This document shows, one piece after another, positions 15,046 through 24,297 of a DNA stretch of 43,091 bases (positions within the stretch are counted from its first letter, which is position 1; each line of letters starts with the position of its first letter). The stretch lies in the NCBI GenBank assembly GCA_025363695.1, contig JANYDI010000058.1, forward strand, positions 1 through 43,091, read 5' to 3'. The DNA comes from Opitutia bacterium. Lineage in GTDB: Bacteria; Verrucomicrobiota; Verrucomicrobiia; Opitutales; JANYDI01. The position numbers and the translations under genes are program-made. The notes beneath the pieces were generated by a model. That model was not told the origin of the DNA. It worked only from the letters and a program-made list of their open reading frames with translations, and searched no databases.

Positions 15046-15621
15046 ATGTTCCTTCTCGTGGGTCTGGGAAATCCGGGCGATCGTTACCGCAATACGCCGC
15101 ACAACATGGGGTTTGACATCCTCGATGCTTGGGTGGCCTTGTTGGGGCTTACGTGGGAGCGGGATGCTCGGCGCCAGGCCTTGGTGACAACGTTCAAGAG
15201 CTCAGGAGTTCCATGGGTTTTCATAAAGCCTCAGGCGTACATGAATTGCAGTGGAGCTCCCGTCCAGTCGCTTTTACAGTATTATAAGGGTTCACCGGCT
15301 CAGGTGGTGGTGGTGCATGACGACATCGACTTAGCGCTCATGGAGGTCAAAATCCGGCTTTCCGGGGGCGCCGGTGGACATAATGGCGTCCGGGACCTGA
15401 TCGCCCATTTGGGACCGGACTTCATACGTTATCGTGTTGGCATCGGTCCGCGCCCGGAAGGGCCCGAGGCCTCTGAAAGCCTTGCTGATTATGTTTTAAG
15501 ACCCTTCAGTGCCGAGCAAAAGGCGCTTAAGGAAGAAAAAATGCCAAAAATTATTCAAGGTTTGCAGCTTCTTGTTGACAAAGGGCCAGATTCTGCCATG
15601 AATCGGGTACATTCATTATGA
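15046..15621 (+). CDS. pth: Peptidyl-tRNA hydrolase
   Basis: ATG at 15046 (MFLLVGLGNPG..Y..TPHNMGF), the canonical Pth N-terminus. The track ORF start at 15013 lies inside a repeat. Confidence 0.9.
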   Translation: MFLLVGLGNPGDRYRNTPHNMGFDILDAWVALLGLTWERDARRQALVTTFKSSGVPWVFIKPQAYMNCSGAPVQSLLQYYKGSPAQVVVVHDDIDLALMEVKIRLSGGAGGHNGVRDLIAHLGPDFIRYRVGIGPRPEGPEASESLADYVLRPFSAEQKALKEEKMPKIIQGLQLLVDKGPDSAMNRVHSL

Positions 15622-15914
15622 CAAAGACAAAAACTTATAAAGCGATCTTTTTGCTTGATTTAAGAGACCAAGAGAAAAACAGCGTAGAATGGGCAAGCTT
15701 GCTCCAGGACGCTATCAAAAAGTCAGGAGGCCTCCCAGGGAATCCTATTGAGCATGGCCATCGCCAATTGGCGCGCACGCCCAAAAAGGATTTCCAAATG
15801 GGGACCTATGTGGAGATTTCCTTTGACGGGCAGCCCCACACGCCCAACGCTCTGCAGGAAGACCTCAGGCTAGAAAAGGCTGTTAATCGCATTTTTATTG
15901 AACGTGTAAGCTAA
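15618..15914 (+). CDS. rpsF: 30S ribosomal protein S6
   Basis: 98 aa. Its ATG overlaps the pth stop (ATGA). Size, position upstream of ssb/rplI and a YKAIFLL-type N-terminus fit S6. Confidence 0.8.
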   Translation: MTKTKTYKAIFLLDLRDQEKNSVEWASLLQDAIKKSGGLPGNPIEHGHRQLARTPKKDFQMGTYVEISFDGQPHTPNALQEDLRLEKAVNRIFIERVS

Positions 15915-15922
15915 GGGTTTTT

Positions 15923-16366
15923 ATGGCTTCTTACAACAAAGTTACGCTTTTAGGTAATTTGGTCCGTGACCCTGAAATGCGTCAGGGCCAATCTGGGGAT
16001 TCCATCTGTAAGTTCTCCATAGCCACCTCGCGTGAATTCAAGCGCCGAGACGGCACTATGCAAAAGGAAACCACCTACGTAGATGTGGACGCTTTTGGGC
16101 GGCAAGCAGAAATTATCTTCCAATTTCTTAAAAAAGGCCGACCCATTTTGCTCGATGGGCGCTTGCGCCTCGACCAATGGGAAACCCCTTCAGGAGAAAA
16201 ACGCAGCAAACTCTGCGTTGTTTTGGAGAATTTCCAGTTTATAGGCGGCCGCCAAGACGAAGATGGTGGTCATTTTGACGAAGAGGCCGCTCCTATTCGT
16301 TCCAAGGGTTCCGCTATCGATCCGAATGCCTATGCCACGCATGGCTCGGAAGATGTTCCTTTTTAA
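15923..16366 (+). CDS. ssb: Single-stranded DNA-binding protein
   Basis: MASYNKVTLLGNLVRDPEMR..., an OB-fold core, and an acidic C-terminal tip ending DVPF. Confidence 0.9.
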   Translation: MASYNKVTLLGNLVRDPEMRQGQSGDSICKFSIATSREFKRRDGTMQKETTYVDVDAFGRQAEIIFQFLKKGRPILLDGRLRLDQWETPSGEKRSKLCVVLENFQFIGGRQDEDGGHFDEEAAPIRSKGSAIDPNAYATHGSEDVPF

Positions 16367-16373
16367 ATTCTGT

Positions 16374-16847
16374 ATGGCTAAGACAAAAATTCTATTATTA
16401 GAGCCAGTAAGCAACCTTGGCGACGAGGGGCAATCCGTAGAGGTAAAAGCTGGCTATTTCCGTAATTTTCTAGGGCCTAAAGGCAAAGCGATTCCCCTAA
16501 CCCAGGGCAATCGTAAGCAAATCGAGGCCCTTCAAGCTCGGCGTCAGGAACGCAAAGCCAAGGAGCTCGGAGGAGCCCAGGCCATTGCCGCCCAGATAGA
16601 AGCCCTGCGCTTGGTCATTCGCGTCAAAACAGGCGACCAAGGCCGCATGTACGGTGCCGTTACCGCCGCGGAACTCAGCAAGGCCCTGGAGTCCGAGTCG
16701 GCCATTCACATCGATCGCAAGGACATTGCCCTGCACACGCCCATCAAGGCGCTCGGGCAACACACCACGAAGATCCGTCTGCACCCCGAGGTCAGCGCTC
16801 AGTTGCAATTCGAGATCGTTTCGGAGAATGCAGTAGTGGAAGTTTAG
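16374..16847 (+). CDS. rplI: 50S ribosomal protein L9
   Basis: ATG at 16374 (MAKTKILLLEPVSNLGDEGQSVEVKAGYFRNFL), the canonical L9 N-domain. The longer track ORF (16263) overlaps ssb. Confidence 0.9.
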   Translation: MAKTKILLLEPVSNLGDEGQSVEVKAGYFRNFLGPKGKAIPLTQGNRKQIEALQARRQERKAKELGGAQAIAAQIEALRLVIRVKTGDQGRMYGAVTAAELSKALESESAIHIDRKDIALHTPIKALGQHTTKIRLHPEVSAQLQFEIVSENAVVEV

Positions 16848-16862
16848 AAGTGTTAATGCTAA

Positions 16863-17137
16863 GGCCAAGGGGAACTCGTTCCCCTTGGGATCCCCTTTCC
16901 GATAGGCGATTTTTAAAAATGCTGGTGCATTTTATAAAAATCGCCTATCGGGAAGGATATACTAAGGCCCCCACAGATCGCTTCGCGATCCGGGTGTACG
17001 CTTATCTCGATCCCGAAGGGATCTGTGGGGTGCCTTGTATCACCCTCCCCGATAGCGATTTACTTAAAATGCGCTAGCATTTTAATAAATCGCTATCGGA
17101 AAGGGGATCCAAGGGGACAGCGTCCCCTTGGCCCTTT
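16863..17137. repeat. Type-1 element, head-to-head double
   Basis: H1 16867-16886, H3 16976-16990, H3' 17009-17023, H1' 17111-17129, with an H2 hairpin in each half. Confidence 0.9.
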
Positions 17138-17160
17138 ACTTTCTCTCAACCTTCAATCCT

Positions 17161-18537
17161 ATGACCCTAGAACATGAAACACCGGCAGCACCGGCGGGGC
17201 GTGTTTTGCCGCACGACGTTGTGGCGGAGCGTGCCCTGCTGGGGGCCTGCATCTTGGAGGGGGGACAGGAGATGCTGGCGCGCTGCATAGAGGCGCGCTT
17301 GGTCCCGGAGTCATTTTTGAAGGGGAGCCACCAGAGTGTTTATAAGGCCTTGGTAGCGCTTTATGACGTGGGGACGCCGATTGACGACATTACCTTGGCC
17401 AATCAGCTGCAAAAACAGGGGGATTTTGAACGCGTGGAGGGCCATGCGGGGATCAATGCCTTGACGCAGTGGATTGAGACGACGGGGCATGCTCCGTATT
17501 ATTTGCAAATTGTCCGGGATAAATACCTATTGCGGCGCTTGATTCGTACCGCTTCCAAGACGGTAGAAAATTGTTACAGTCAGCAAAATAGCCTAGAGCA
17601 TTTTTTGGAGGAGGTAGAGCAGGAATTTTTCAAAATCAGCGAAGATCGTATTTCGGAGAGCGCCAAGCACGTCAAGGATTCGGTCGACCAAGTCGTGAGC
17701 TTGGTTTATCAGCTGATTGAGCAAAAAAAGCCCAATCATGGGATTTTGAGCGGCTTCAAGGACCTGGACTCGATGACCTTTGGCTTTCATCCGCAGGAAA
17801 TGATCGTGTTGGCGGCGCGGCCTTCCGTGGGGAAAACAGCTTTTGCGATGAATCTAGCTGAAAACGTAGTGGTGCCGCCTGGGCAGCGGGTAAAGCCAGC
17901 AGCCACGCTTGTTTTTAGTTTGGAAATGAACACGGAGTCCTTGGCCATGCGCTTGCTTTCGAGCCATGCACGGATCAACATGAAGCGCATGCGCGATGGT
18001 TTTTTGAGCAATGAGGAAAAAACGGATATGCTCAAGGCCGCTAAACGCCTGAAAGAAGCGCCGTTGTGGATCGATGACTCAGGGGGGCTGAATATTTTGG
18101 AGCTTCGAGCCAAGGCGCGGCGTTTTAAGTCTCGGATGGATTTGGGCCTGATTATTATCGATTATTTGCAATTGATTTCAGGCACGGACAGCAGAACGCC
18201 GCGTGAGCAGCAAATATCCGAGATTTCACGAAGTATCAAGGCGATGGCTAAGGAGCTCAATGTCCCGATCGTCGTACTCAGCCAGCTCAACCGCGATTCT
18301 GAAAGAGAAAAACGCGAGCCCCGTCTTTCTGACTTGCGTGAATCCGGTTCCATCGAACAAGATGCCGATGTTGTCTGCATTCTGCATCGCGTCGGCAATG
18401 GATCCTCCGAGGAAACCCCCTCCGACGATCAATCCGAGCGCATCGATTTGGTCATTGCTAAGCAACGTAACGGCCCCACCGGAAAGGTAGGCCTCGTATT
18501 TAACAGGAATTATACGCGTTTTGAAAGTTTAGGCTAA
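17161..18537 (+). CDS. dnaB: Replicative DNA helicase DnaB
   Basis: ATG at 17161. Motifs: PHDVVAERALLG, Walker A ARPSVGKT, IIIDYLQL, SQLNR. The stop TAA (18535-18537) is the TAA inside the repeat tip GGCTAAGGGG. Confidence 0.95.
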   Translation: MTLEHETPAAPAGRVLPHDVVAERALLGACILEGGQEMLARCIEARLVPESFLKGSHQSVYKALVALYDVGTPIDDITLANQLQKQGDFERVEGHAGINALTQWIETTGHAPYYLQIVRDKYLLRRLIRTASKTVENCYSQQNSLEHFLEEVEQEFFKISEDRISESAKHVKDSVDQVVSLVYQLIEQKKPNHGILSGFKDLDSMTFGFHPQEMIVLAARPSVGKTAFAMNLAENVVVPPGQRVKPAATLVFSLEMNTESLAMRLLSSHARINMKRMRDGFLSNEEKTDMLKAAKRLKEAPLWIDDSGGLNILELRAKARRFKSRMDLGLIIIDYLQLISGTDSRTPREQQISEISRSIKAMAKELNVPIVVLSQLNRDSEREKREPRLSDLRESGSIEQDADVVCILHRVGNGSSEETPSDDQSERIDLVIAKQRNGPTGKVGLVFNRNYTRFESLG

Positions 18538-18769
18538 GGGGCACAAGTGCCCCTTAGGATCCCCTTTCCGATGGGCAATTTTTAAAATACTACGTATTTA
18601 TAAAAATTGCCCATCGGGAACGGAAATACTAAGCCCCTCCACGATCGCGAAGCGATCAAGGGGGTGCCTTGTATCCTGCTACCCAGTAGCGATTTTCCTA
18701 AAATGCGTGCATTTTAGAAAATCGCTACTGGTAGGGGATCCAAGGGGAGCGAGCTCCCCTTGGCCCTTT
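18531..18769. repeat. Type-1 element, head-to-head double with a single central H3
   Basis: H1 18536-18555, central H3 18643-18657, H1' 18742-18761. A pyrimidine-rich stutter tail runs 18770-18820. Confidence 0.9.
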
Positions 18770-18820
18770 ATTTTATTTTCCTTTACTTTCCCTTATTTTC
18801 CCCTATTTTACTTTACTTTT

Positions 18821-21166
18821 ATGTTACGCTTTATTTTAGGAATTCTGCTCCTTTGGAGTTCTGTTTTGGCAGCGCGGGTGGACTTGGCCTCGGCGGTGAT
18901 TGGCGAGGTCAAAACGGAATTTTTGGGCAAAGAGGCGGTGAGCAGGAGTTACTTGGAAAACATCATTCCGCTGACCAAGGGGCAGCCGTACACGGCTTCG
19001 GCGGTCAATGACGCCATCCAGATCCTGTATAATACGGACCATTTTGAAGCGATTCGGGTCCAGGAGGACAAAAAGGACGGCAAGGTGGACCTGACTTTTT
19101 TCCTGACTCCCGGCTACCGTCTTAGCGATGTCACGGTCGAGGGGGTGCGTGGGCTGCGACGCTCGGGCGTTTTGCGTCGTTTGGAAAGCAAGAAGGATAG
19201 CGTTTTGAGTGATTATCGGATACACAAGGACAAGCGTTCCATTTTAGAGTATTACAAAAAGAAGGGCTTTACGCGTGCTACCGTTGATGAGACTATTGTT
19301 TACAATGAGGCTCGTGGGACGGCTCAGATCCTTTATCAAATCCATGAAGGCAAGCGGGCGCGCGTTTCAAAAATTGTTTTCAAGGGCAATAAGCATATTA
19401 AATCAGATCTTTTGCGCAAAGAAATCCGTACTGAAAAACGTGGGTTGCTTTCCTTTTTAAAAGGTAAGGGGTTTTTTGATAAAGCGATTTTTGCCGAGGA
19501 TCTGAAGCGCTTGGAGCTTTTTTACCAAAATCAGGGTTACCTGGATGTGCGTTTCCCGGAAGAAACCCTGGATATTAAACGTTTTGATTCGGGCCAACAC
19601 TGCATTACTATTGGCGTGGAGGAGGGGCCCTGCTACCAGCTTCGGGACGTGACGCTTTCAGGGGCCCAGCTGTTTCGCAGCGATGAGCTCCTAAAGGTTA
19701 CGGCTTTGAAGCTGGGAGAGCCTTTCTCGCCCGAAAAAGTCGAAAAAGCTGAGGATAATATCCGCATGCATTATGGCCAAGATGGCTATCTGGATACCAA
19801 AATAGAGACGAAACGTTATGTCGATATCCAAAACAGGACGGTATCTTTGCATTTTTCCATCCAAGAAGGTCAGCGTAATTGGGTGAATTCCATCAACATA
19901 CAGGGAAATATGCTTACACGCGCTGTGGTGATTTTGAGGGAAATCACCCTACAGCCAGGCGATGTTTTTGACCTAAAACGCGTACGTGCCAGCGAAGGAC
20001 GTTTGCGAGCCACGGGTTTTTTCAAAGAAGTACACATTACGCCTGAAGCTACGGGGATAGAGGGCAAAAAAAATCTACATATAGCGTTAAAGGAAAACCG
20101 TTCCTCCTTGATTTCTTTGGGGGCTCGTGTGAATAGCTTGGATCGCCTGCAAGGCCAAATCGAGTTTGTTCAGCCCAGCTTTGATATCCGTAGTCCGAAG
20201 ACTAAGTTCCGTGGCGGTGGCCAAAAATTCCGCATCGGGGGCAATTTTGGGTCGAAATCGCATGATGTGTATCTGAATTTGGAGGAGCCTTGGCTGTTTG
20301 ATCGTCGTTTAGCTCTGGGTACGGAGCTCAGCCAGCATGCCAATAGTTACGATAGCGATTATTATGCTGAAAAACGCAATGCCGCGATGGTCTACTTGCG
20401 CAAACGCCTCTTTGAGCAAGTCAACGGAACTCTAAGCTATCAGCTGGAAAAGACTTCCATATCGGATGTAGACATTAACGCGCCCAAGCTGATTCGCGAC
20501 GAAGAGGGCCATCGCCTCGCCTCAAAAATGGCCTTTCAGTTGAGCCGCGATACCCGCAATTCCGTATTGCGCCCCACGCAAGGCAATCGCTGGGATGCTA
20601 TGACTCAGGTAGCTGGGGGTATTTTTGGCGGAGATACGGAATATTGGCGCAATGAGCTCAAGGGTATTCAATATTTTATGCTCAATCCGTACCGCAAGCA
20701 AACCGTCTCCCTGATGGGCCGCATCGGTACCGTGGCGCCCTTTGGAGAGGCCAATCGTGTGCCGTTTTTTGACCGCTATTTCCTGGGCGGCAGTAGCAGC
20801 TTACGCGGCTTCAGGCACCGAATGGTCAGCCCCAAAGAACTCGATAAAAACCCCAAAGAACCTAAGGGCCCGCTAATTCCCTTCTCCACAGGGGGTAATT
20901 CCTTCGGGGTAGTTACGGTGGAATACATGATCGACGTCATAGACCTGCTCAGCGTGGCCCTTTTTTACGATATCGGTTTTGTCAATGCCCAAGAATGGAC
21001 CTTTAACCCCGGCCACCCCAGCAGCGACTGGGGCTTTGGCCTCGTTATCCCCTTGATGGGCAGCGCTTTACGTCTAGACTTCGGCTTCCCTATCCAGGGC
21101 GACCAGTACCTCACGAAAAAGAATAAGAAGATGAACTTTGAGTTCTCATTTGGGCTGAGGTATTAA
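18821..21166 (+). CDS. bamA: Outer membrane protein assembly factor BamA (Omp85 family)
   Basis: ATG at 18821 with a signal peptide (MLRFILGILLLWSSVLAA). POTRA repeats are followed by a C-terminal beta-barrel ending in an aromatic residue (FSFGLRY). The upstream part of the track ORF is repeat-derived. Confidence 0.9.
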   Translation: MLRFILGILLLWSSVLAARVDLASAVIGEVKTEFLGKEAVSRSYLENIIPLTKGQPYTASAVNDAIQILYNTDHFEAIRVQEDKKDGKVDLTFFLTPGYRLSDVTVEGVRGLRRSGVLRRLESKKDSVLSDYRIHKDKRSILEYYKKKGFTRATVDETIVYNEARGTAQILYQIHEGKRARVSKIVFKGNKHIKSDLLRKEIRTEKRGLLSFLKGKGFFDKAIFAEDLKRLELFYQNQGYLDVRFPEETLDIKRFDSGQHCITIGVEEGPCYQLRDVTLSGAQLFRSDELLKVTALKLGEPFSPEKVEKAEDNIRMHYGQDGYLDTKIETKRYVDIQNRTVSLHFSIQEGQRNWVNSINIQGNMLTRAVVILREITLQPGDVFDLKRVRASEGRLRATGFFKEVHITPEATGIEGKKNLHIALKENRSSLISLGARVNSLDRLQGQIEFVQPSFDIRSPKTKFRGGGQKFRIGGNFGSKSHDVYLNLEEPWLFDRRLALGTELSQHANSYDSDYYAEKRNAAMVYLRKRLFEQVNGTLSYQLEKTSISDVDINAPKLIRDEEGHRLASKMAFQLSRDTRNSVLRPTQGNRWDAMTQVAGGIFGGDTEYWRNELKGIQYFMLNPYRKQTVSLMGRIGTVAPFGEANRVPFFDRYFLGGSSSLRGFRHRMVSPKELDKNPKEPKGPLIPFSTGGNSFGVVTVEYMIDVIDLLSVALFYDIGFVNAQEWTFNPGHPSSDWGFGLVIPLMGSALRLDFGFPIQGDQYLTKKNKKMNFEFSFGLRY

Positions 21167-21412
21167 GGGCAAGGGGCTAAGGGGCACTCGTGCCCCTTAG
21201 GATCCCCTTCCGATGGGCAATTTTTAAAATACTACGTATTTATAAAAATTGCCCATCGGGTAGGGCATGCTAAGGTCTTCGCCGATCGCAAAGCGATCTG
21301 TGGGGCGCCTTGTATCACCTTTTTCGGTAGCGATTTATCTAAAATGCGTCAGCATTTTAATAAATCGTTACCGATAGGGGATCCAAGGGGTGCGAGCACC
21401 CCTTGGCCCTTT
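21165..21412. repeat. Type-1 element, head-to-head double with a single central H3
   Basis: The tip is duplicated (AAGGGCAAGGGGCTAAGGGG). H1 21179-21198, H3 21284-21298 (AAA loop), H1' 21385-21404. Confidence 0.9.
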
Positions 21413-21439
21413 AAAACCTCTTGACCTATACAACGAACC

Positions 21440-22261
21440 ATGATATTCATACCGGTATTTTTATTCGGGGCCTGCATCGGGAGCTTCTTGAATGTATGCA
21501 TCTTGCGCCTTCCGAAAGGGGAGGATGTTGCCTGCAAGGCGTCTTACTGCTATGGTTGCGGGAAGCGGATTGCTTGGTGTGACCTAATTCCTGTCCTGAG
21601 CTGGTGCTTTTTGAGGGGGAGGAGCCGTTGTTGCAAAAAGCCCTTTAGTGTGCGTTATGCCCTGATCGAATTGCTGACGGGCCTACTGTTTGCGCTGTGC
21701 TGGTGGCAGTTTGAGCCGCGCTTGGCTGTAGTGGGCATGGGGTTTACGGCCTTGCTGCTGGTGGCTTTTTTTATTGATTGCGACCACCTCATGATCCCGG
21801 ACAGCTGCACTGTGGGCGGAGCGTTTTTGGGGCTATGGGTGGCTTTTTTGGTCCCGAGTATGTACTCGTTTTCAGGCGGCTTTTGGATTTCAGATGGCTT
21901 TAGGGCCATGACGCAGGCCTTGACGGGCCTGTTGATCGGCTCTGGGCTTTTGTTATGGATTGCGATTATTGCTGAAGTGTATTTGAAAAAGGAGGCCATT
22001 GGCTTTGGCGATGTGAAGCTGATGGGCTGTATTGGAGCCTTTTGCGGCTGGAAGGGCACGGTGTTTGCTATTTTTGGCGGAGCGATTTTGGGGAGCGCGT
22101 GGATTCTTGTTTTGCTGATTCTGCGGCTGTTTTTTAAGAAAATCCCCAAAGTCAAACGGCATATGGAGCTGCCCTTTGGGCCGTTTTTGGCGACAGCTGC
22201 CTGGATTTGGTGGGTCTTTGACGGGAACGCCTGGGCGCTGAGCACTTTAGGGGCGTTATAA
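21440..22261 (+). CDS. Prepilin peptidase (A24 family, PilD/GspO-like)
   Basis: Polytopic membrane protein with an N-terminal Cys-rich zinc cluster (CYGCG...CCKK) and the GFGDVKL active-site motif. Confidence 0.85.
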   Translation: MIFIPVFLFGACIGSFLNVCILRLPKGEDVACKASYCYGCGKRIAWCDLIPVLSWCFLRGRSRCCKKPFSVRYALIELLTGLLFALCWWQFEPRLAVVGMGFTALLLVAFFIDCDHLMIPDSCTVGGAFLGLWVAFLVPSMYSFSGGFWISDGFRAMTQALTGLLIGSGLLLWIAIIAEVYLKKEAIGFGDVKLMGCIGAFCGWKGTVFAIFGGAILGSAWILVLLILRLFFKKIPKVKRHMELPFGPFLATAAWIWWVFDGNAWALSTLGAL

Positions 22262-22335
22262 TTTATTAAAATTCTCAGAAGTTTATCCTCGAAAAGGCTT
22301 GACTAAGTTGTTAATTTCTGAGGTAATAACCCATT

Positions 22336-22878
22336 ATGAAATTTGGCAAAAAGTACTGGTTTTTTGCAGGCCTCATGGCCTATGTCTTGAGTGTGTCTAC
22401 GTTGGGGGCAAAAAAGTCTTGGCTTGATGAGGCAACGGCTAGTGAGAGAGATCCTCAAGCTAAACGTTTTATTCAGGAGCCCAAAAACACACAGACGCCT
22501 TACGATTTGTATGCCAAAAACAAGGGCCGCTGGCAGTCTATGGTGATTGATCCCCAGAAGCGTTATGCTCCAGAAATTTTGATTGCCAAAGTGGATGCTT
22601 CAAACCTGAGGCGTTTGGTCCATGATTTGGAGCGATTTGCACCCGTATTTTATCCACGGGGTGTTACGGATCTGATTATTGTTATTAAGCCCAGTAGGCT
22701 ACCCAAGAAAGAGGGCAAGCATTTTGACTTTGAGTGGACTTATTTGCTTGAAAAACTGCGAGTAAAGACGATTGAGTTGAAGGACGATAGCCATGGCTGC
22801 GTCTGTGATTCTGAACATATAGGTCCGATTAGGGGTGCCTATTGGTTTAGAGGTTCCATTAAGAGGGTGACCTGGTAG
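22336..22878 (+). CDS. Hypothetical secreted protein (one copy of a novel ~130-aa domain)
   Basis: 180 aa with a signal-peptide-like N-terminus (KKYWFFAGLMAYVLSVSTLGA). The domain IQEPKNTQTPYDLYAKN..W...RYAPEILIAKVDASNLRRLVHDLERFAPVFYPRGV is shared with the next gene. Confidence 0.6.
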   Translation: MKFGKKYWFFAGLMAYVLSVSTLGAKKSWLDEATASERDPQAKRFIQEPKNTQTPYDLYAKNKGRWQSMVIDPQKRYAPEILIAKVDASNLRRLVHDLERFAPVFYPRGVTDLIIVIKPSRLPKKEGKHFDFEWTYLLEKLRVKTIELKDDSHGCVCDSEHIGPIRGAYWFRGSIKRVTW

Positions 22879-22895
22879 TGATTTAGGGCGAAGCA

Positions 22896-24131
22896 ATGGT
22901 GATGAATATAAAAAAATACTGGTTTTTTTCAGGCCTCGTGGCCTACGTCCTGAGCCTGTCTGTGTTGGGGGCTGACATCGATACGGATTGGGCGGTTTAC
23001 ACGACCAAGCCCTTTAAGCACTGGTCTGATCTTTCTAGCGATAACCAGCTTAAATCTCTTATTCAGGAGCCCAAAACCACCGATACGCCTTACGATTTTT
23101 ATGCCAGAAATAACGGCTCCTGGCAGCCTATAGATATATGTATCAATTCTCATGAGCGTTATGCTCCAGAAGTCTTAATTGCCAAAGTAGATGCTCGAAA
23201 CTTGCGTGGCTTGTTCCATGATTTGGAACAGTTTGCTCACGTGTTTCATCCACGCGGCGTCATGCATTTGGTCATTGTTACTCAGTTGAATGGGCTTCCT
23301 AAAGATTTTGACATCGATAGGCTTTTTTCAAAAACAGGAGCTGTATCGGTAGAATTACTGGAGTATGGCAAGGGTGTTATCTCTAAGGGGAATCTACCTT
23401 ACACGAGCAGCTATGGTCCTATGGGGGTCATCAGGCCTAATATGCCTTCGGAATTTTTTCCAGACAGGAGCCCACAGTCTAAGAAGGATTTTCCAGCTCC
23501 TCCTGAAGAACCTCGCAAGAAGAATCGTCAAGAGGATCACGAGAAACGTTACGAGGACTACAAGAAGCGTTACGAGGACTACAAGGAGCGAGTTAAGCTG
23601 CACAAAGAAAAAAGAAAAAATTATGAACATTCTCCTAATGGCTTCGTCCATAAATGGCCCTCTAAAGAGGGCCGGGATTTAGTAGCGCTCATGGCGTCCA
23701 AGAAAGTGAGTGTTGAGCCTTGGGATGTCTACCGTTACGATCTTAACCAAAAGGCTTGGCATTTGTTACCTTTAACTAAAGATGGCGTGGCGGGTTCAAA
23801 GAACCTTTTGGTCAAAACAGATCAGCTCGATAAGCTTTTGGATACGTTTTTTCCTTCTGGGGTTAAGCGCTTAAATGTCGTTGTTGAAAATACGTCTGGG
23901 CGCTTTGCTCAGGGGGCAAAGCACTCTAAGGTCTTTGCTGATCGTTTATCGCGCTATGCAAAACGCTTGGGAGCCGAGTCTGTTCAGCTTATTTTCAAAA
24001 ATGGCAAAAATAGTCATGTTTACGAGTACTTTAGGAATGGGGGGGTTTGGGGTTCTGATGAAGCCTTAGGAGATGTTGCTTGTTGGATCTTGTTTTACGC
24101 AAAGCTCGATGCCCATCGAGGTCAGGCATAA
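22896..24131 (+). CDS. Hypothetical secreted protein, tandem paralog with two copies of the same domain separated by a charged KRYEDYK repeat linker
   Basis: 411 aa with the same signal-like N-terminus and the same domain. The central linker is EDHEKRYEDYKKRYEDYKERVKLHKEKRKNYEH. A second, diverged domain copy sits at the C-terminus. Confidence 0.6.
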   Translation: MVMNIKKYWFFSGLVAYVLSLSVLGADIDTDWAVYTTKPFKHWSDLSSDNQLKSLIQEPKTTDTPYDFYARNNGSWQPIDICINSHERYAPEVLIAKVDARNLRGLFHDLEQFAHVFHPRGVMHLVIVTQLNGLPKDFDIDRLFSKTGAVSVELLEYGKGVISKGNLPYTSSYGPMGVIRPNMPSEFFPDRSPQSKKDFPAPPEEPRKKNRQEDHEKRYEDYKKRYEDYKERVKLHKEKRKNYEHSPNGFVHKWPSKEGRDLVALMASKKVSVEPWDVYRYDLNQKAWHLLPLTKDGVAGSKNLLVKTDQLDKLLDTFFPSGVKRLNVVVENTSGRFAQGAKHSKVFADRLSRYAKRLGAESVQLIFKNGKNSHVYEYFRNGGVWGSDEALGDVACWILFYAKLDAHRGQA

Positions 24132-24163
24132 AAATCCAAAGCTACGTCGCGCCAAGAGCTCCG

Positions 24164-24276
24164 GACTCCTTCGAAATCTTCCCGATGGGCAATTTTATCA
24201 AAATGCGCTTGCGCATTTTGTAAAATTGCCCATCGGAAGGGGATCCTAAGGGGCACGAGTGCCCCTTAGCCCTTAT
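24164..24276 (-). repeat. Type-1 element, half copy with degenerate H3
   Basis: Degenerate H3 24164-24178, H2 24182-24236, H1 24249-24268. Confidence 0.85.
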
Positions 24277-24297
24277 CCTTATCCCTTCCCTACACTT

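Noticed and set aside
21655-22245. Long antisense or alternative-frame ORFs inside established genes. Examples are 21655-22245(-), 12139-12660(-), 409-828(-), 10187-10651(+), 39690-40265(+) and 24279-24614(-).
   Set aside because: They are shadow ORFs typical of moderately GC-rich coding DNA. Their proteins are low-complexity (R/P/A/G-rich), and they lie fully within genes with strong family matches on the other strand or frame.
24259-24297. N-terminal extensions proposed by the ORF track that begin inside repeats. Examples are MPLSP... at 24259, 34264 and 60; MPAPLSP at 15013; MALYFLS at 17128; MHFRKSLL at 18707; and MRCSLGK at 3839.
   Set aside because: They start at GTG/TTG or fortuitous ATG codons within H1 or stutter tails. 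Internal ATGs (24298, 34210, 15046, 17161, 18821, 3896) align with the canonical N-termini of RecN, SDR, Pth, DnaB, BamA and UbiE.
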